Notes: generated by a model from the letters alone, not told the origin. A stretch of 64,000 nucleotides of DNA from Mobula hypostoma (GCF_963921235.1 NC_086106.1:22754001-22818000); one strand, 5' to 3'; shown: positions 49,899 through 63,709, numbered from the stretch's first letter. Program-made: numbers and translations.

Positions 49899-51689
49899 AT
49901 TTCTTTTCTGGTCCTATCGAGAATATGACACACTAAATACAATCATTTGCATATGTAAGGTGTTCCGGTTTTTTTTTGTTACTGCATATGCTAATTAAAA
50001 ATCTCTGTGATGTTAACTGCTGAGCCACTGATCCTTTTTTCGAGCAGCTAGCAGCTTGTTTGGGTTATCAATAATAATAAGGAGTGAAAGATCCAATGTG
50101 GGTCCATGTTATTCTTTTTTTTCTGGGGGTGATATTCTGTTCCATATGGCTGGGGACCGCTGTGTTCCGCGGGCTTTTCAGGAGAAACCGGGAAAAGACG
50201 CACGTGTTAGAAGCGCTGTGGTCCATCACCTTGGGTGGTGCCGAGCGGCGAGTCGAGGGAGTCGGAGTGGATCGCAGGGTGAAGAGAGAAGACCCTAGGG
50301 TATTTGAGCTCCAGATGTGTGCACGAAGAAATTGAACGTTGATAAGTTTGGCGCCTTTTTCTTTCTCTTTTATATTTTAGCTCTTTTAATCTGATAGACC
50401 CAGGAAGATTCACAAAGTTTAACCTATGAAGTGTACACTGTGTGCTGTCTGATATTTGATGTGTGAGGTCGTACCAGATGGAATTGCACAGCAACCGACG
50501 CAACTGGGACATACGGTTGGGCGGCGGAAGGGGTTTCTCCTAGATAAATACAAGCCGATATGGCAGAGCATTACACAAAGAAAATAGATTGGCAGATATA
50601 TCGCGAACGGGAATATTATTACGACCGTGATTACGATGATCAATATTCTTCCTCCTCATTCCAACAATGTGCCTGGACACCTGTCTCACCAGCCCGTTTT
50701 CCTGTGCCTTTTAACGATACATTGAAGGGAAAGTATTGGTTCCAAGCAATTGTTATCGTTTCCAAACTTCCGAGTGACTGTCATATTTGCCGGAATGGGA
50801 AACTCAAGAGACTGCATTCGGCCACACTTGGAGTGGCCTTATCTCTTCAAGAACAAAATGGGCCCATATACGTGCTATCGCCCGGCAGACGAAACATGAT
50901 GAAACATGAGTCCGGGCAGATGGACAGGTGAAATCCCTCAGGAATGTGAACCATCATGGTCTTCACCACAATAATGCACAAAGTCATTCTCTCTGTTCCT
51001 CTCTATTCCTATCCAGTTTTGTGAATTGATCTTTAGTGTATCATTATCCAGAATGGTATCATGAAAACTGGAGAAACCCGGTTTAAGGCATTTTATTAAA
51101 CTCCTTTCTTCAAGGAATTAAAACAGCATAGAGCAGTGCATTTAGGAATTATGGTTATTCATGTTTGCAGTAACAGCTTCTCAATCATTGACGACTGTTG
51201 TTGACACCTTCCAACTCGGATTAGAAAAATGTCACCTTCTAAGATATGTATGCTCCACCCTGCTAGACGTACAACTAACTATACGCAATCTTCAGATTCT
51301 GCAAGTGATGCTGTGGAGCTGATAACGCGAATAAATGGATATCAGACTAATGTAATACTTTCTCTCGCCACCAGCTATGCCATCTATACCTGGTCGACAT
51401 CACCATATACGACACAATCGACATGCCTTCAGAAGAATTGTTGCTTGAAGACACGGTGGAAATAATAACTTCCTATGAAAGCAAGTGGATACCAGAAGTT
51501 TAAGTGTTTAAAGCGGGTATCAAACCGCGATCGCAGTAGGAATCAGGGACGAGCATTCAATGCAAAAATCCCCCAAACAAAAATGCCAACGATAGTGCTG
51601 AGCGGGGCTAAGCTAACGTGAAAGGAGCTCCAGAATATCAGAAAGACAGCAAAGTCATCAGCCACCGCTGGACCGAGCGCACGACGCTA

Positions 51690-54230
51690 GGTTATATGAA
51701 AACTCTCCAAATCGCCTCCGGTGTTTGTTGAAGATAACGAGGAATATCTGGACCAAAGGCTCTATCGCACGAAGCTGGAAAATGTTAAAGGATGCCTTGT
51801 CCTCACGGAGAAAGATTCATCTGCCATCGTCATGTTTATAACAATCCTCCTCGTCAGCGAGAAGTGCACACTACTCCTCTGAATGCCTGCGAGAAGTCTG
51901 CCTTCTTACTTCTATTTTAGTATTTTGCCTTCTCCATGTCAGGTTTAGCTTTTGTTGGCTAATGCATTTTCGCCACATGTTCTCATTTATTAAAGAACCA
52001 CATGCTGCATTCCAAAACTCATTTTGTGTCCCTACAATTTCCTTTAGTCTCATTTTTCCTGTCACGAATTTCCCTCAATGGAGACACGCCATCTCAGCAC
52101 CTCCGCCCAGAAAGGTTCATCCCGATTTCTTTCAGTGTTTCTTGAGTACATCTCAATGATCAGACAACTGCCTCGCAAGGTTAGGCACATGAAAGGTAAC
52201 CTAGCAGTTAGCTGGTTGTACGTCGCAAACGCCAGCGGCTCAATACTACAAATTCCCATCCAGACTGGTCTGGACCAGTACTGTATCATACCAGAAGGCA
52301 AGACATGATTATCAGTTACCAAGAAGGAGTCAACTGCGCTTTACTTCAGCCCACCTTAACCTTGGTGGCAAGACGTCTAAAAAGGGATTACAATCGGCTG
52401 CACCATCTCCCCCACTACGATTTTCATTGCTTTTTATCTCCTCTTATTAGCAGCAACAGACGGAACCAGTGACTGTCTCTTGGAGCCCAGCATGGGGGTT
52501 CATCGATGACATCACAATAACGATAGCAGCCATGTCCACACAAAATAGATATTGAAAACCCTGGACAACGCAGCTAGCCGTGCTGGGGCGACCAGGTAGC
52601 TATATGGTTAGTCAACATGTCGAGATGCATGGTGATTTAAAAAAAAAAAAGGCTAGGCTACTAGCATGTTGTGTCTTCAAGTCGTTTCGTCGACTGAAGA
52701 CAAATCAGTGAAATGTCTGGAAAGCGATTTAATGCAACAATGCGAGACAGCGTCAACATAATTGACACAGTAATGCTGACAGCAGAGCTGCTGCGGAAGA
52801 TCGACAGAACTGATGTGACAGGTATAATTAAGGCATGAAGTAACAATATCATCTACTCCATGTCTGCTCTGTTTTTTGAAGTTGTACGAGATCCCTAGGG
52901 CTACTGTAGAATGTAACAAGAGTACAGTGAGCATGCACTTGAGGGGGAGGCTGGATTTCTCCCATTTGTTTTTTCTTCAGTGTGTCTCTGCATATGAACA
53001 GGCCAGCTACAGCTCCCGTTGTCATCGGTATTGAAGGAGTTCAAGGTAGCAATGTGTTGAGTTTTGTTAGCAGTAGGGAACTCCGATAACAGGCGAATAA
53101 ACCAAGCGGGAGTTACAAAAAGTTCGGACCGTCAACTCGGCCATAGGCAAAGCAGTGAGAGTTCAGAAATTGGGATGCATCATTAGCAAACAAATCTGGA
53201 GACGAAAGAGCCCGGCTCCCCATACTTCCCTCTATAGAGGAGTGCAAGTTAGGGGATAGGTTTGACGTGGCACATCAGTGACATTAGTGATGTGCTCATT
53301 GGACGTCTGTACGAAATGGGATCTTATCAAGCCTATGATTACTTGGACTGAGTTTGAAGACTGGAGTCCTTCACCTTTCCCTTCAGGCATATTGTCAGTT
53401 TCTATCAGTCTCCCTACTGTATTCAGTTGAAGGCAAGTTTGGGAGAGACAACCATAGTTGCCAGATTTGTAGTCTGCAGGATGCACTGACGTAAGACATC
53501 TAAAATGCAAAACAGATTTTACACAGACGCTATCGGTAGCACAAGGATAAAATCCCGCTGTTCCGCCCTGACACACTGGAACGACAGAGGTGTAACAGGA
53601 GACTAGATGGCAGAAAGAGGAAACAGGACGGTCTTTTTCATCAAAGGGGGGAAATGCCAGTGCTGTCAAAAAGGCCTAATTCCAGTCTGCTGCAAACTAC
53701 CAAATGATTGAAGATGAAGTTTGATGTGGCGTGGAAGCTGCATTTCAGGGAGTCAGTACAAACCAGAAATCATGCTACGAACTACAAAATACAACAAAAA
53801 CAAAGTCAGAAAAAAATATCCTGGTGGAGATCACAGTACCATGGGTGGAAGGATGCGAGGGGGCCCACAAGAGGAAGGCCCTGAAGTACCAGTGCGTGAG
53901 CATCCGGACAGAAGTTGTCAGACATGGCTATTCGCTGTGGATATTAGCTGTAGAGTTCCCACGACAGGGTCAGCTTGGAAGTTTCTGTCTGCGCTGGCTT
54001 GACCTTAACGAAGTGATTCAAGAACTACTAGCTCATATACTGGGGAAGGAAGCAGAGAAAGAGCCGCTTACTGGGTATAGTGCAGGCGAGTGGTGTGAAA
54101 TTGGAGTCAGGATTTCCTGGGCAGTGACTTGCTGAACCCGACACTGGAAAGTGGAGTAGTTAGCGCAGAAACACTCTATGAAAGCTGGGCATGACCTGAC
54201 GATATCTTCTTCTGGTCAAAAGCTATAGTT
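51690..54230 (+). mobile_element. Hero-like non-LTR retrotransposon with restriction-like endonuclease (RLE), highly degenerate
   Basis: RT: GNLAVSWLYVANASGSI (52078-52308) and GFIDDITIT (about 52495-52525); CCHC region CQIC...RRYR*HKDK (about 53460-53550); RLE region KPEIML...ILVEITVPWVEGCEGAHKRKALKY (53760-53900). May extend left to about 51440. Confidence 0.7.
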
Positions 54231-54239
54231 AAATCATCA

Positions 54240-55120
54240 GTTAACTGAAGAGAGTATCTGGTGTAAAACGCATGTTGTTTGATCCTCATCAGTATGGATG
54301 GATGGAAGAAGAACTGGGGGCGTCATATACGCAGAGGAGTAGTATAAAATCATACGTGTGACTGGCAGCAGTGAAGAGTGTGGCTGCTGCGTATATAGCT
54401 GCCCGGTCAGTAGTGCCGTGAGACAATCTCGGCCTGCTATATTACTGTTTATAATATGTAATGGCGCACAGATAATATCTGTTCTCGTGCAGAAGTACTT
54501 AGAATAATGTGGAGTTGAGATGAATCGGCGTGCACCATCGAGGTTCAGAGTGCAGAACGGCTATAATGGCACTTACGTTCGGTGCACCCGGGGAAATTAG
54601 CTGTTCTATCCAGCTGTCATCTCGCACAGCTTGCACAAACCACAGTCATCCGGACTGCCCGCTTTTTGAATGGGACATATTGTGACTAAAATTGAGCACC
54701 TTCAGACGATTTTTCATTATCATTCCAGTATCGGCCCATGGAAGAATGAGTAGAGGACTCGGTACGTCATATAAATCGAGACATATTATAACATTACACG
54801 TGTAGCTGGCAGCAGTGAAGTGTACGGTAGCCGCATATGTCGCTGGACGGTCAGTATAGCCCTGAGACTATCTCATCCAGCAATATTATTGTTCATTATA
54901 TGTAAAGGCGCACAAATGTTGAGTGTCCTACTGCGCAGGCACCTAGATCGCCAATCTGAACGGTGCCCGGGATATGTAATGTTCACCGTTTCACTACCTG
55001 GCTCATGTATTTAAGATTACAGTGGTCTTTATTCCCAGGGGTAAATGATATACTGTGTAATTCCGCCCAGGAAGTAATTTATCCGAGAAAGGAAAAGCTG
55101 GATGTCGGCGGCTATCCTTT
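54240..55120. repeat. Degenerate direct duplication, period about 444 bp
   Basis: Exact CTGGCAGCAGTGAAG at 54362 and 54806; flanking ATGGAAGAA...CGTCATATA, CGGTCAGTA, TGAGAC and TATGTAA.GGCGCACA recur at a similar offset. Confidence 0.7.
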
Positions 55121-56299
55121 CAGGTCTAAACAAAATCACAGAAAGCAAAGGTGAAAAAGTCGACCGGAAAGTTCTTTGGCTTGCCCTTATTTTCAACGGT
55201 AATATAAATGAGTGTGCTACTTACGGTTATTGATAAATAAAATAAATGATTGTACCAGGACAGGTCCGATCTGTTCCAGTTGCATTCCTGCACTATTTTC
55301 CCACGCATCTTTAAAATGGAAAATCTAATATTTTACGGGCTCATAGGTTTTCGTTTTCATCTCGAGAACTCCGCAAAATCAGCTTGCTGTATGGGCCAAC
55401 TATGATTATTTTATTGGTCTTTTCAAAGCATGGGTGTCTGCGTAGTGACGATACGTTCGCCTTCATCTGCTTTCCGGAGCCAATCCCCATTTGCTCTCCG
55501 GGATACCGTGAATCGTTGTACCATTATGTAACTCACATTCCATACGGGAATCGCTATTTCCTGCTACTGCTCAGTAGATTGTACTGTCTTGGTCTGTGAC
55601 CAGGTGTGCACCACTGCACCCTGTGAAATGTCCATAGGATGTGACTGCTAGAAGAAGGTGCCCTGAGTTAAGGTAGTGGAGTTATCGGGGCACCCATTTG
55701 ACGGTGTTTCCGTAGCAAGCTATTCTTGTTTTTACGAGGCCGAGTTGCTAGCTCGAAGCTCAACCCGACTTGGATGCATGCTCGGGAACCTTCGCTGATA
55801 TTATTGCGCCACCAAGCGGGATATTATAATATAAGGACAGGGCTAAAGCTTGTGTAGTCACCTGAGATTAAACGGAAGTAAAAAAAAAAGACAGAAAAAA
55901 CATGGCTTTCACTTTGCTCCTATAATGAAACTAACCAGGTGTGCAAAAGTACGCCTGACACACATTAAGGGATGCCTCATACTTCATTGGTTGCTAATTA
56001 CTCAATTTTACCTTTTTTTTGTTCTCTAAAGCTTCGACGTCAGTGCCTGACCATGAATCACTTCATAATAAAAATGATTGTCGAAATTATGACGGCCATT
56101 CCCAATGTCTGATGTCGTGTTGTACTGCATGAGCCACCCCTCCTGCAACTTCATACAAACACTGGGCGTGTGTTTTGACGTTTCGAACGATTGCTGATAA
56201 CGGAATCTGAGGAATAAAGAACCTACCTGCTTCTCTTTCTGTATGTTTCAAAGGCTGTGCCGATAGTCCGATTGGACAAAACAAAATACTCTCAGCAGC

Positions 56300-58130
56300 A
56301 AACCTCCTTACATATTTAAGCCCCCCCATTAAATTCGTACTCTTTTACATATTTTTCTAGCTCTCTTTGCAATCTGATCCCACAGCTTGGCTTCTATTTA
56401 GAAGCTTCCTTATAATTCCCAAATGTGCTGTTTTCCTTCTTTCAACTTTCGAATCCCACCAAGGAGGATTTAATGTTCTCTGACCATAATATTACCTTTA
56501 TAAAGATGTAATTCCGACTCATACAATCCACCAATGCACCACCTTTGTCTTCCTTTCTGCCTTTTCTGTTCGGAGTATCGTATTTGATCTTAAATTCCCA
56601 AATATGTCACACTTTTTGCCATGACTTAGTAACGCCCACATTTTCATACCAGTAAATCTTTAATTACGCCACAAATTCTTCAATCATATCCGTTAGTTTT
56701 GCGAGACCGTGGATCTGCGCCTGGAAGGTCTTTACTCTCCAGGGTGCAGGCCTAGGCAAGGCTGTATGGAAGACTGGCAGTTGCCCATGCTGCAAGTCTC
56801 CACTCTCCACGACACCGATGCTGTCCAAGGGAAGGGCATTAGGACCCATACAACTTGGCACCAATGTCGTTGCAGAACACAGTGGATTAAGTGCTTTGCT
56901 GAAGGATACAACACACTGCCTCGGCTCGGGCTCGAGCTCACGACCTTCCTTCAGATCGATAGTCGAAAGCCTTAACCACTTGGCCACGTGCCGAGAAGGC
57001 TACAGAGCATTGAAATAACAAAAAAAAAGAAAAAAAAAAAGAAAAAGAAAAAGAAATCAGCCCTGCATTTTCCGGCCTTTCGATTGTTGCTACTGTGGTA
57101 TCATTTAACTTTTTGCTCACCCTAGGCAGGAATACCTGATCTTTGGTTTGTCTTTCCTTACATTCATGTTACAGCCATCATCCACTTGTGAACCTCTGGC
57201 TCATCCTCAGCTCTGTCCACGTGTTTCCCATCTCCCTGCCATATTATTTCAAACAACTCTAGTAAACCTGCCAGCAAAAATTTTGCCCCTTCGGGTTCAT
57301 ATGCAACCCCTCCCTACTGTAGGAGTCCCACATACCCCAGAGGAGATCTTAATTGTTGAGAAAACAGAATCCTTGCCTCCTGCTCCAATTCCCAAACCAC
57401 CCATTTATCTGCCACCTTATTCTATTCCTATGCTCTATGTCGCGTGGAACAAGCAGCAATCTCGATAGTACTACACTGGAGGTCCTGCTACTCAGTTTTT
57501 CTTCCTTACTCACTATTATTTTTTCAGGACTTCCTCCTGTTTTTTTCCTATGTCGTTGATACCAATTGGTACCCCGACTTCTGGCTGCTCAAACTCCTTT
57601 TTCAGTATATTCTGGACGCGTCTATATACATTTACGACCCCACGTAAATTAAGAAAACTGCCCTCCACCTATCTTTTTTTTTTCGTCCATAGATTATTTT
57701 ATCTGACCCCTGACAATACTGTCCACTGTTACTGCTGATATCGTGCTCAATTCCTTACTCTTCTGTGCCACTGCGCCAAACTCATTGCGAGAAGCACGGC
57801 CGCTGTTGAATTACCCAGTTAAGCAGTTCCGCACAAACAACACTCAAAATGGATAACCTATTGTTGAGGGAGGCGGCCACAGATGTCCTCTTCGCTATCT
57901 TTTTTTGAATTCTTCCCTCTCCTGGCAATCTCATTGACCGATCCCCTGTTGAGTTGATGTGACTCTTGCTCCTGTCTATCACAAGGCGAACGTCATTCGG
58001 CTACAGGTTCTGTTCCCGTATACGGGCATTACCGATCTGCATTTCGATGCACCTGGCGCAGATGTAGACATCAGAACAGCTGGAGTTCTCCTGAAAATAC
58101 CACAACTGACACCCAGAACAGAACACTGGC
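56300..58130 (-). mobile_element. Very old CR1 EN/ORF1 remnants split by a SINE
   Basis: Weak similarity to the EN and esterase segments of the CR1 copy at 60000-61600. Confidence 0.45.
56680..56992 (-). mobile_element. tRNA-derived SINE (V-SINE-like central domain)
   Basis: Minus strand GGCACGTGGCCAAGTGGTTAAGGC (A box), GAGCTCGAGCCC (degenerate B box), GTGTTGTATCCTTCAGCAAAGCACTTAATCC (V-domain-like). Confidence 0.7.
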
Positions 58131-58136
58131 CTTGTA

Positions 58137-58466
58137 GGGATGGGAGGGGGAGGGAATTACCGGAAGTTGGGTAATTCTATGTTCATTCCCTCTCTTCCTC
58201 TATCCCTATGTCACTCTGCCCTCTCCGGCAGCTGCCTACCCGCTTCCTCTTGGTTTCGCCTCCTTCTACTACCCATTGTGTTTTCCCCTATTCTTTCTTC
58301 ACCTTTACCGCCTATCACCTCCCTGCCCCCCTCCCCCACCCCTTTATCTTTACTCTTACTGGTTTTTCACCTGAAACCTACCAGCCTTATCTTTCCCACC
58401 GTCCCCCCGCCTTCTTTATAGGGCCTCTGTCCCTTCCCCCCACAGTCCTGAAGAAGGGATCAGGCC
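58137..58466. mobile_element. Penelope-like fragment with an internal inversion and a truncated hammerhead core
   Basis: 58186-58466 is the reverse complement of about 41590-41870, while 58137-58185 matches about 41860-41910 in the same sense; ends CAGTCCTGAAGAAGGGATCAGGCC (CUGANGA present, GAAA lost). Confidence 0.65.
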
Positions 58467-61400
58467 ATTCTTCTAACTGGCCTAAGTCTCTCTGCAAGCT
58501 TCGAAAACCTACTTCATTATCCACAAAGCCACCTATCTTAGTATCACCTGCATACTGACTAATCCAAGTGTCCACCACTCCATCATCCAGATCATTAACG
58601 CATATGACAAACAACATTGGAACAATTCAGATCCCTGAGGCACACCGCTAAACACCGTCCTCCAATCTGACACAGAGTAATCCACCACTACTCTTGGCGA
58701 CTCCCATCGAGCCACTGCTGAATCCATTTTACTACTTCGATATTAACGCCTAACGATTGAACCTTCTGAACTAAACTTCTGTGTGGATCCTTGTGAAATG
58801 CCTTACTGAAGTCCATATAGATATCTCCACTGCTTTACCCTCGTCAACTTTCATGGTAACCTCATCAAAAAAATCCAATAAGATTTGTCAAACATGACCT
58901 TCCACTCACAAATCCATGTTGTCTGTTCCTAATCAGACCTTGTATATACAGATAATTATATATACCATCTCTAAGAATACTTTCCACCAATTTACCCACC
59001 ACTGACGTCAAACTCACAGGCCGATAATTGCTAGGTTTACTCTTAGAACCCTTTTTAAACAATGGAACCGCATGAGAAATACGCCAATACTCCGACACCA
59101 TCCCCGTTTCTAATGACATTTGAAATATTTCTTTCAGAGCCCCAGTCATTTCCACACTAATTTCCGTCAAAGTCGAATGGAATATCTTATCCGGACCCAG
59201 AAACTTATTCACTTTTATATTTCTTAAAAGCGCCAGTACTTCCTCTTCTTTAATCGTCATACTTTCCATAACTATCCTTGGTGTTCCCTTTACCTTACAC
59301 AATGCAATATCCTTCTCCTTAGTGAATACCGAAGACAATAAATCGTTCACAATCTCCCCCATCTCTTTTGGCTTCGCACAGAGCAGTCCACTCTGATTCT
59401 CTACGGGACCAATTGTATCCTTCACTATCCTTTTGCTATCAATATAACTGTGAAACCCTTTGGATTCATTGTCACCTTACTTGCTAAAGCAGCCTCGTAA
59501 CTTCTATTAGCTTTCCTAGTTTCTTTCTTGAGATCTTTTTACATTTTTTTTTATATTCCTCGAGCACCTCGTTAACTCCAAACTGCCTATATTTATTGTA
59601 ATTCCCTGTCTTTTTTTTGCGGACGAAGTTTCCTATGTCCCTTGAAAACCATGGCTCTCTCTTAATTTTAACCTTTCCTTAAACCTAAACCTGTACTCTC
59701 AAAAGTTCACCTTTAAATGACCTCAATTTCTCTATTACATTCTTCCCATAAAACAAATTGTCCCAATCCGCTCCTTTTAAACCCTTCGCATCTCCTCAAA
59801 TTTAGCCTTTCTCCAATAAAAAATCTCAAACCTGGGATCAGTCCTACCCTTCTCCATAACTATATTGATACTAATGATATTGTGATCACTGGACCCGAAG
59901 TTCTCCTCAACGCATGCCTCCGTCACCTGCCCTATCGCATTCCCTAACAAGAGATCTAACATTGTCCCTTCTCTCGTTGGTACTTCTATGTATTGCTACA
60001 AAAAACAACTATTTTGCACACATCTGACAAACTGCAAATCATCCAGCCCTTTTACACAATGGGCTTCCCATTCTATGTGTGGAAATTAAAATTTCCTACA
60101 ATCACACCCGTGTGCTTACTAGAAATATCTGCTATCTCTTTACAAATTTGCTCCTCCAGTTCTCCGTTCCCATTAGCTGGTCTATAATACACCCCTATAA
60201 GCGTCACTGCAGCTTTCCTATTCATCAATTCCACCCAAATAGCTTCCCTAGACGAGTTCACTAATCTATTCTACCAGAGCACCGCTGTTATATTTTCTCT
60301 GACAAACAATGCAAATCCACCCCCCCCCCTTGCCCCTCCTATTCTATCACACCAGACGAAACGAAATCCTCGGATATTTAGTTGCCAATCACACCTACTC
60401 TACAACCACATTTCACTAATAGCTACAACACCATATTTCCAGGAATCAATCCATGTTCTAAGCTCATCCACCTTTCTTAAAATGCTCCTACCATTAAAAT
60501 AGATGCATTTAAGTAACTCTCCACCTCTTACTCTCTGTTTATCCTTAATGGAGCAAACAGCTTTGTTATCTATTTCTTCCTTGTCCCCTACATCTTTGTT
60601 CTGAGCGTTCCTAATCTCTGTCCCCTGCCTACCCTCCCTCACACACTGTCTACTAGCTTTCTCTGTTTCTGATCTAACCTCCTCTAACCTAGTCCCTTTA
60701 ATTTGATTCCCACCCCCCAAACATTCTTGTTTAATCTCACCACAGTAGCCCTCGCAAATCTCTCTGCCAGGATATTGGTTCCCCTTGGATTCAAGTGTAA
60801 CCTGTCCCTTTTGCATAGGGCACACCTGCGCCAGAAGAGGTCCCAATGATCCAAAAACTCGAATCTCTGTCCCCTGCTCCAATCCCTCAGCCACGCATTT
60901 ATCCTCCACCCCACTGCATTCCGACTCTTACTGTCGCGTAGCACCGGCAGTAATCCCCAGATCACTACCTTTGCACTCATTTTTCTCAACTCCCTTACTA
61001 ACTCCCTATATTCTGTTTTCAGGACCCCTCCCCTTTTTTACCTAGGTCACTGGGACCTAAATGTACCACGACGTCTGACTCCTCTTCACTACACTTTAGG
61101 ATATCTTGGACGTGATCAGAAAAATTCCGGACCCTGGAACCAAGGAGGCAAACTACCATCCGTGTACCGGACTGCGTTCACAGAATCGCCTATCTGAATC
61201 CCTAACAGTCGAGTCCCATAATACTACCGCCCACCTCTTCCTTTCCCTACCCTTCTGAGCTACAATGCCGGACTCTGTGCCGGAGGCACTGCCACTGTTG
61301 CATCCACCAGGTAAGATTCCACGCCCTCCCAACAGTACTCAAACAGGACTACGTATTGTCAAGCTTTACAGCCACTGAGGTACTCTCTATTACCTGACTG

Positions 61401-61830
61401 TTGCTCTTCCCCCTCCTAACGGTGACCAACTTCTCTGCCTCCCGTGGCCCATTGTGTGACCACCTGCCTGTAACTCTTCTCTATCAACTCCACACTATCC
61501 CTGCTCAGACGAAGTTAGTCGAGCTGCAGCTCCATTTCCCTAACGCTGTCTCTTAGGAGCTGCAACTCGGCGCACCTGGCGCAGATGAGGCTGCGTGACT
61601 CCACGACCTCCCACATCCGGCACTGAGAACAACAAGCTGCCCTCACACTCATACTTACCCTTCTCCTCAAATAACAAAAAAAAAGAAAAATGAATACCAA
61701 ACCTTCCTCACCTCGCCTGTTTCCGCCTGAGCCCGTAGAGCCAAAGCCCTTGAGCATTCACTCTGCTCCCGGCACTAAGCTGCCCGCTGTATATGGCTCC
61801 GTTCATTTTAAATCTTCAGTGTTGGCACGG
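58467..61830 (-). mobile_element. CR1 LINE, 5' three-quarters (5' UTR, ORF1 esterase, EN, RT N-terminal half); 3' end missing here
   Basis: 60684-60989 esterase-like; LKCIYFNGRSI...VVAISEMW; GVYYRP...VGNFN; 58865-59425 NYRPVSLTSVVGKLVES...QHGFVSGRSCLTNL; SQYAGDTKIG. Confidence 0.85.
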
Positions 61831-63403
61831 TGTTACGTAATATTCCGGTAGGTTTGCAGTTCATTGTTCTGCATTGTTCAGAACAGTGCCTTAAACAAGC
61901 GACAATCTGTTATTTCAGATTTAATTTGTTTTTCCAGATGATATCCAAGGGGATTATATAATATAATATAATATACCATTCAGATCAGGCGTCGTTCTAC
62001 GTTGCCTTACCTCTCACCCTTGCAAACCAAAGTTCCATTTAAACTTTGAATTAGTTTCCTGCACTGGATTGTTTTTTTTTCTTGCCTTTCTCGATTCTTG
62101 ACACCACATGGTATCAACGGATAAAACATCATTTATTCCTTGACAAAGCGTTTGAATATGGTTAGAATAAAGAACCAATAAAACTGCCTCTAGAGCTGTG
62201 ATATTCCGGGTCACATCAGCATATAACTGCTCATTTCAGACCGTATTTGATGAATATATGTTCATTAAATGTATTAAGGTTGATTACAATAATATCTAGC
62301 ATTGCGTTTTGTTGGAATGGTGCATCGATATTTCAGACATCGTACCAGTATCTAAATTCTCCCTGAACTCATGGGTGTTGTCGCGTTTAAAAAAAAATAC
62401 GATGATATATGACGATTGGGCCTGCTTGCCTGCAGCGACTAGGAAAGTAGAGTAAACACATGGAAGTATATCAGATAAGGGCGGATAAAACGAAATGTCG
62501 TAAAAATACATTCGCAGTACTTGCACATCTTTGATGAAAAGGAAGAAAGTGTACTGTTAAGTTGTGAGAAACAAATTTAAAGGGGAACTGCAACATAAAT
62601 GTTTTTTTTTATCTCAATCGACGTGGTTGATATCTCTAACTCACAGTCAGAGATGGTGATGTAAATGGGTGCACATACCGTAGTTTCGATGGGAAATTTG
62701 ACAGAAGGTGTATACGGAATGTCGGAAGATGGAATTGAAAAGGATGGCATAAACAAGTTTATCTGTTCATGGTGGGCGGAAGTTGCCCATTTCCTTAAGG
62801 TAGTTTGTTTGAACTCTGAGAACCATGACATTTGCTCGTTTCGTTTTTGTACAATGAAATATTGAAACAATCTGAAGCCGACGTAGAATGAAGTAAAAAT
62901 ATAGAACATTATGAGTGCAATTTATCACTTCAACATTGTCTGCGATGGTTGGTTTTCCTCCTAAAGACAGCAACAAACCCCTAGCTTTGGACTTTATATA
63001 TATATATAAACAACTCCGTGTTTTCAGTACGAGATCATATGAAGTAATTTCTGATCCTCCCATCTATGCCTTTGGGTCTTACATGCTTCTGAATCTTTTG
63101 ATCTCAGGAACTAATTTATGTGCTGTCTCCTGCGCAGAAACATATTCTTTGTTGCCCTGCTGAGATGGAATAGGGACGAGGGCTCGATAATAGAGGCATT
63201 TGGAAGTTCTTGCAAGAAGATAATTATGTTTAGCCTTTTCTGCCATCCCTGCTAATTTATACGGGATTAATACTTCGGCGTTACATTGTAATCCCAATCT
63301 CTTGGCCCCGCACCGTACCAAACACCACGGTGGGCTTCAAATGCATGCGAGCAGAATATTGATACTCTTTGATTACATTTTCAAATTATGGTGACCATAA
63401 CAG

Positions 63404-63709
63404 GACATTCCCGAGGCGATGCCGTTTCTCAGTCAGTTGCTGTCACCACTGTTGCCGAAGGGGAAGGTGCAGTGCTAAACTGTAACTATAAAACTGCAAG
63501 CACGGACAACCCTGTACTAATCTGGTACCGACTGTATCCGAAGGCTCTCTGGAGTTTCTGCTGTTCCGTACGAAATCCGACGGCCACCGAGAGAATATTC
63601 TCATACAACGTTTCACGGCGCAGCTGCATGATTCGAGCGGAACGGTCCCACTGACAGCATCCGAAATATAGCTTGGAGACACTGCCATTTATTACTGTGC
63701 TCTGGGGCT
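63404..63709 (+). pseudogene. T-cell receptor alpha/delta-type V pseudogene (V exon)
   Basis: Acceptor CAG at 63401-63403; (G)HSRG-DAVSQSVAVTTVAEGEGAVLNCNYKTASTDNPVLIWYRLYPK, frameshift about 63541-63548, then LEFLLFRTKSDGHRENILIQRFTAQLHDSSGTVPLTASEI*LGDTAIYYCALG (TAG at 63669-63671). Confidence 0.92.

Noticed and set aside
53232-53669. 145-aa minus-strand ORF suggesting a gene or an inverted segment
   Set aside because: The plus strand carries the Hero-like CQIC...RYR*HKDK motif in the expected order, so the minus ORF is an antisense shadow.
63404-63709. NAR-TCR supporting V (leaderless, extra CDR1 Cys) interpretation of V2
   Set aside because: No extra cysteine in CDR1, the exon begins with a normal leader remainder (GHSRG), and no upstream NAR V-D-J cassette was found.
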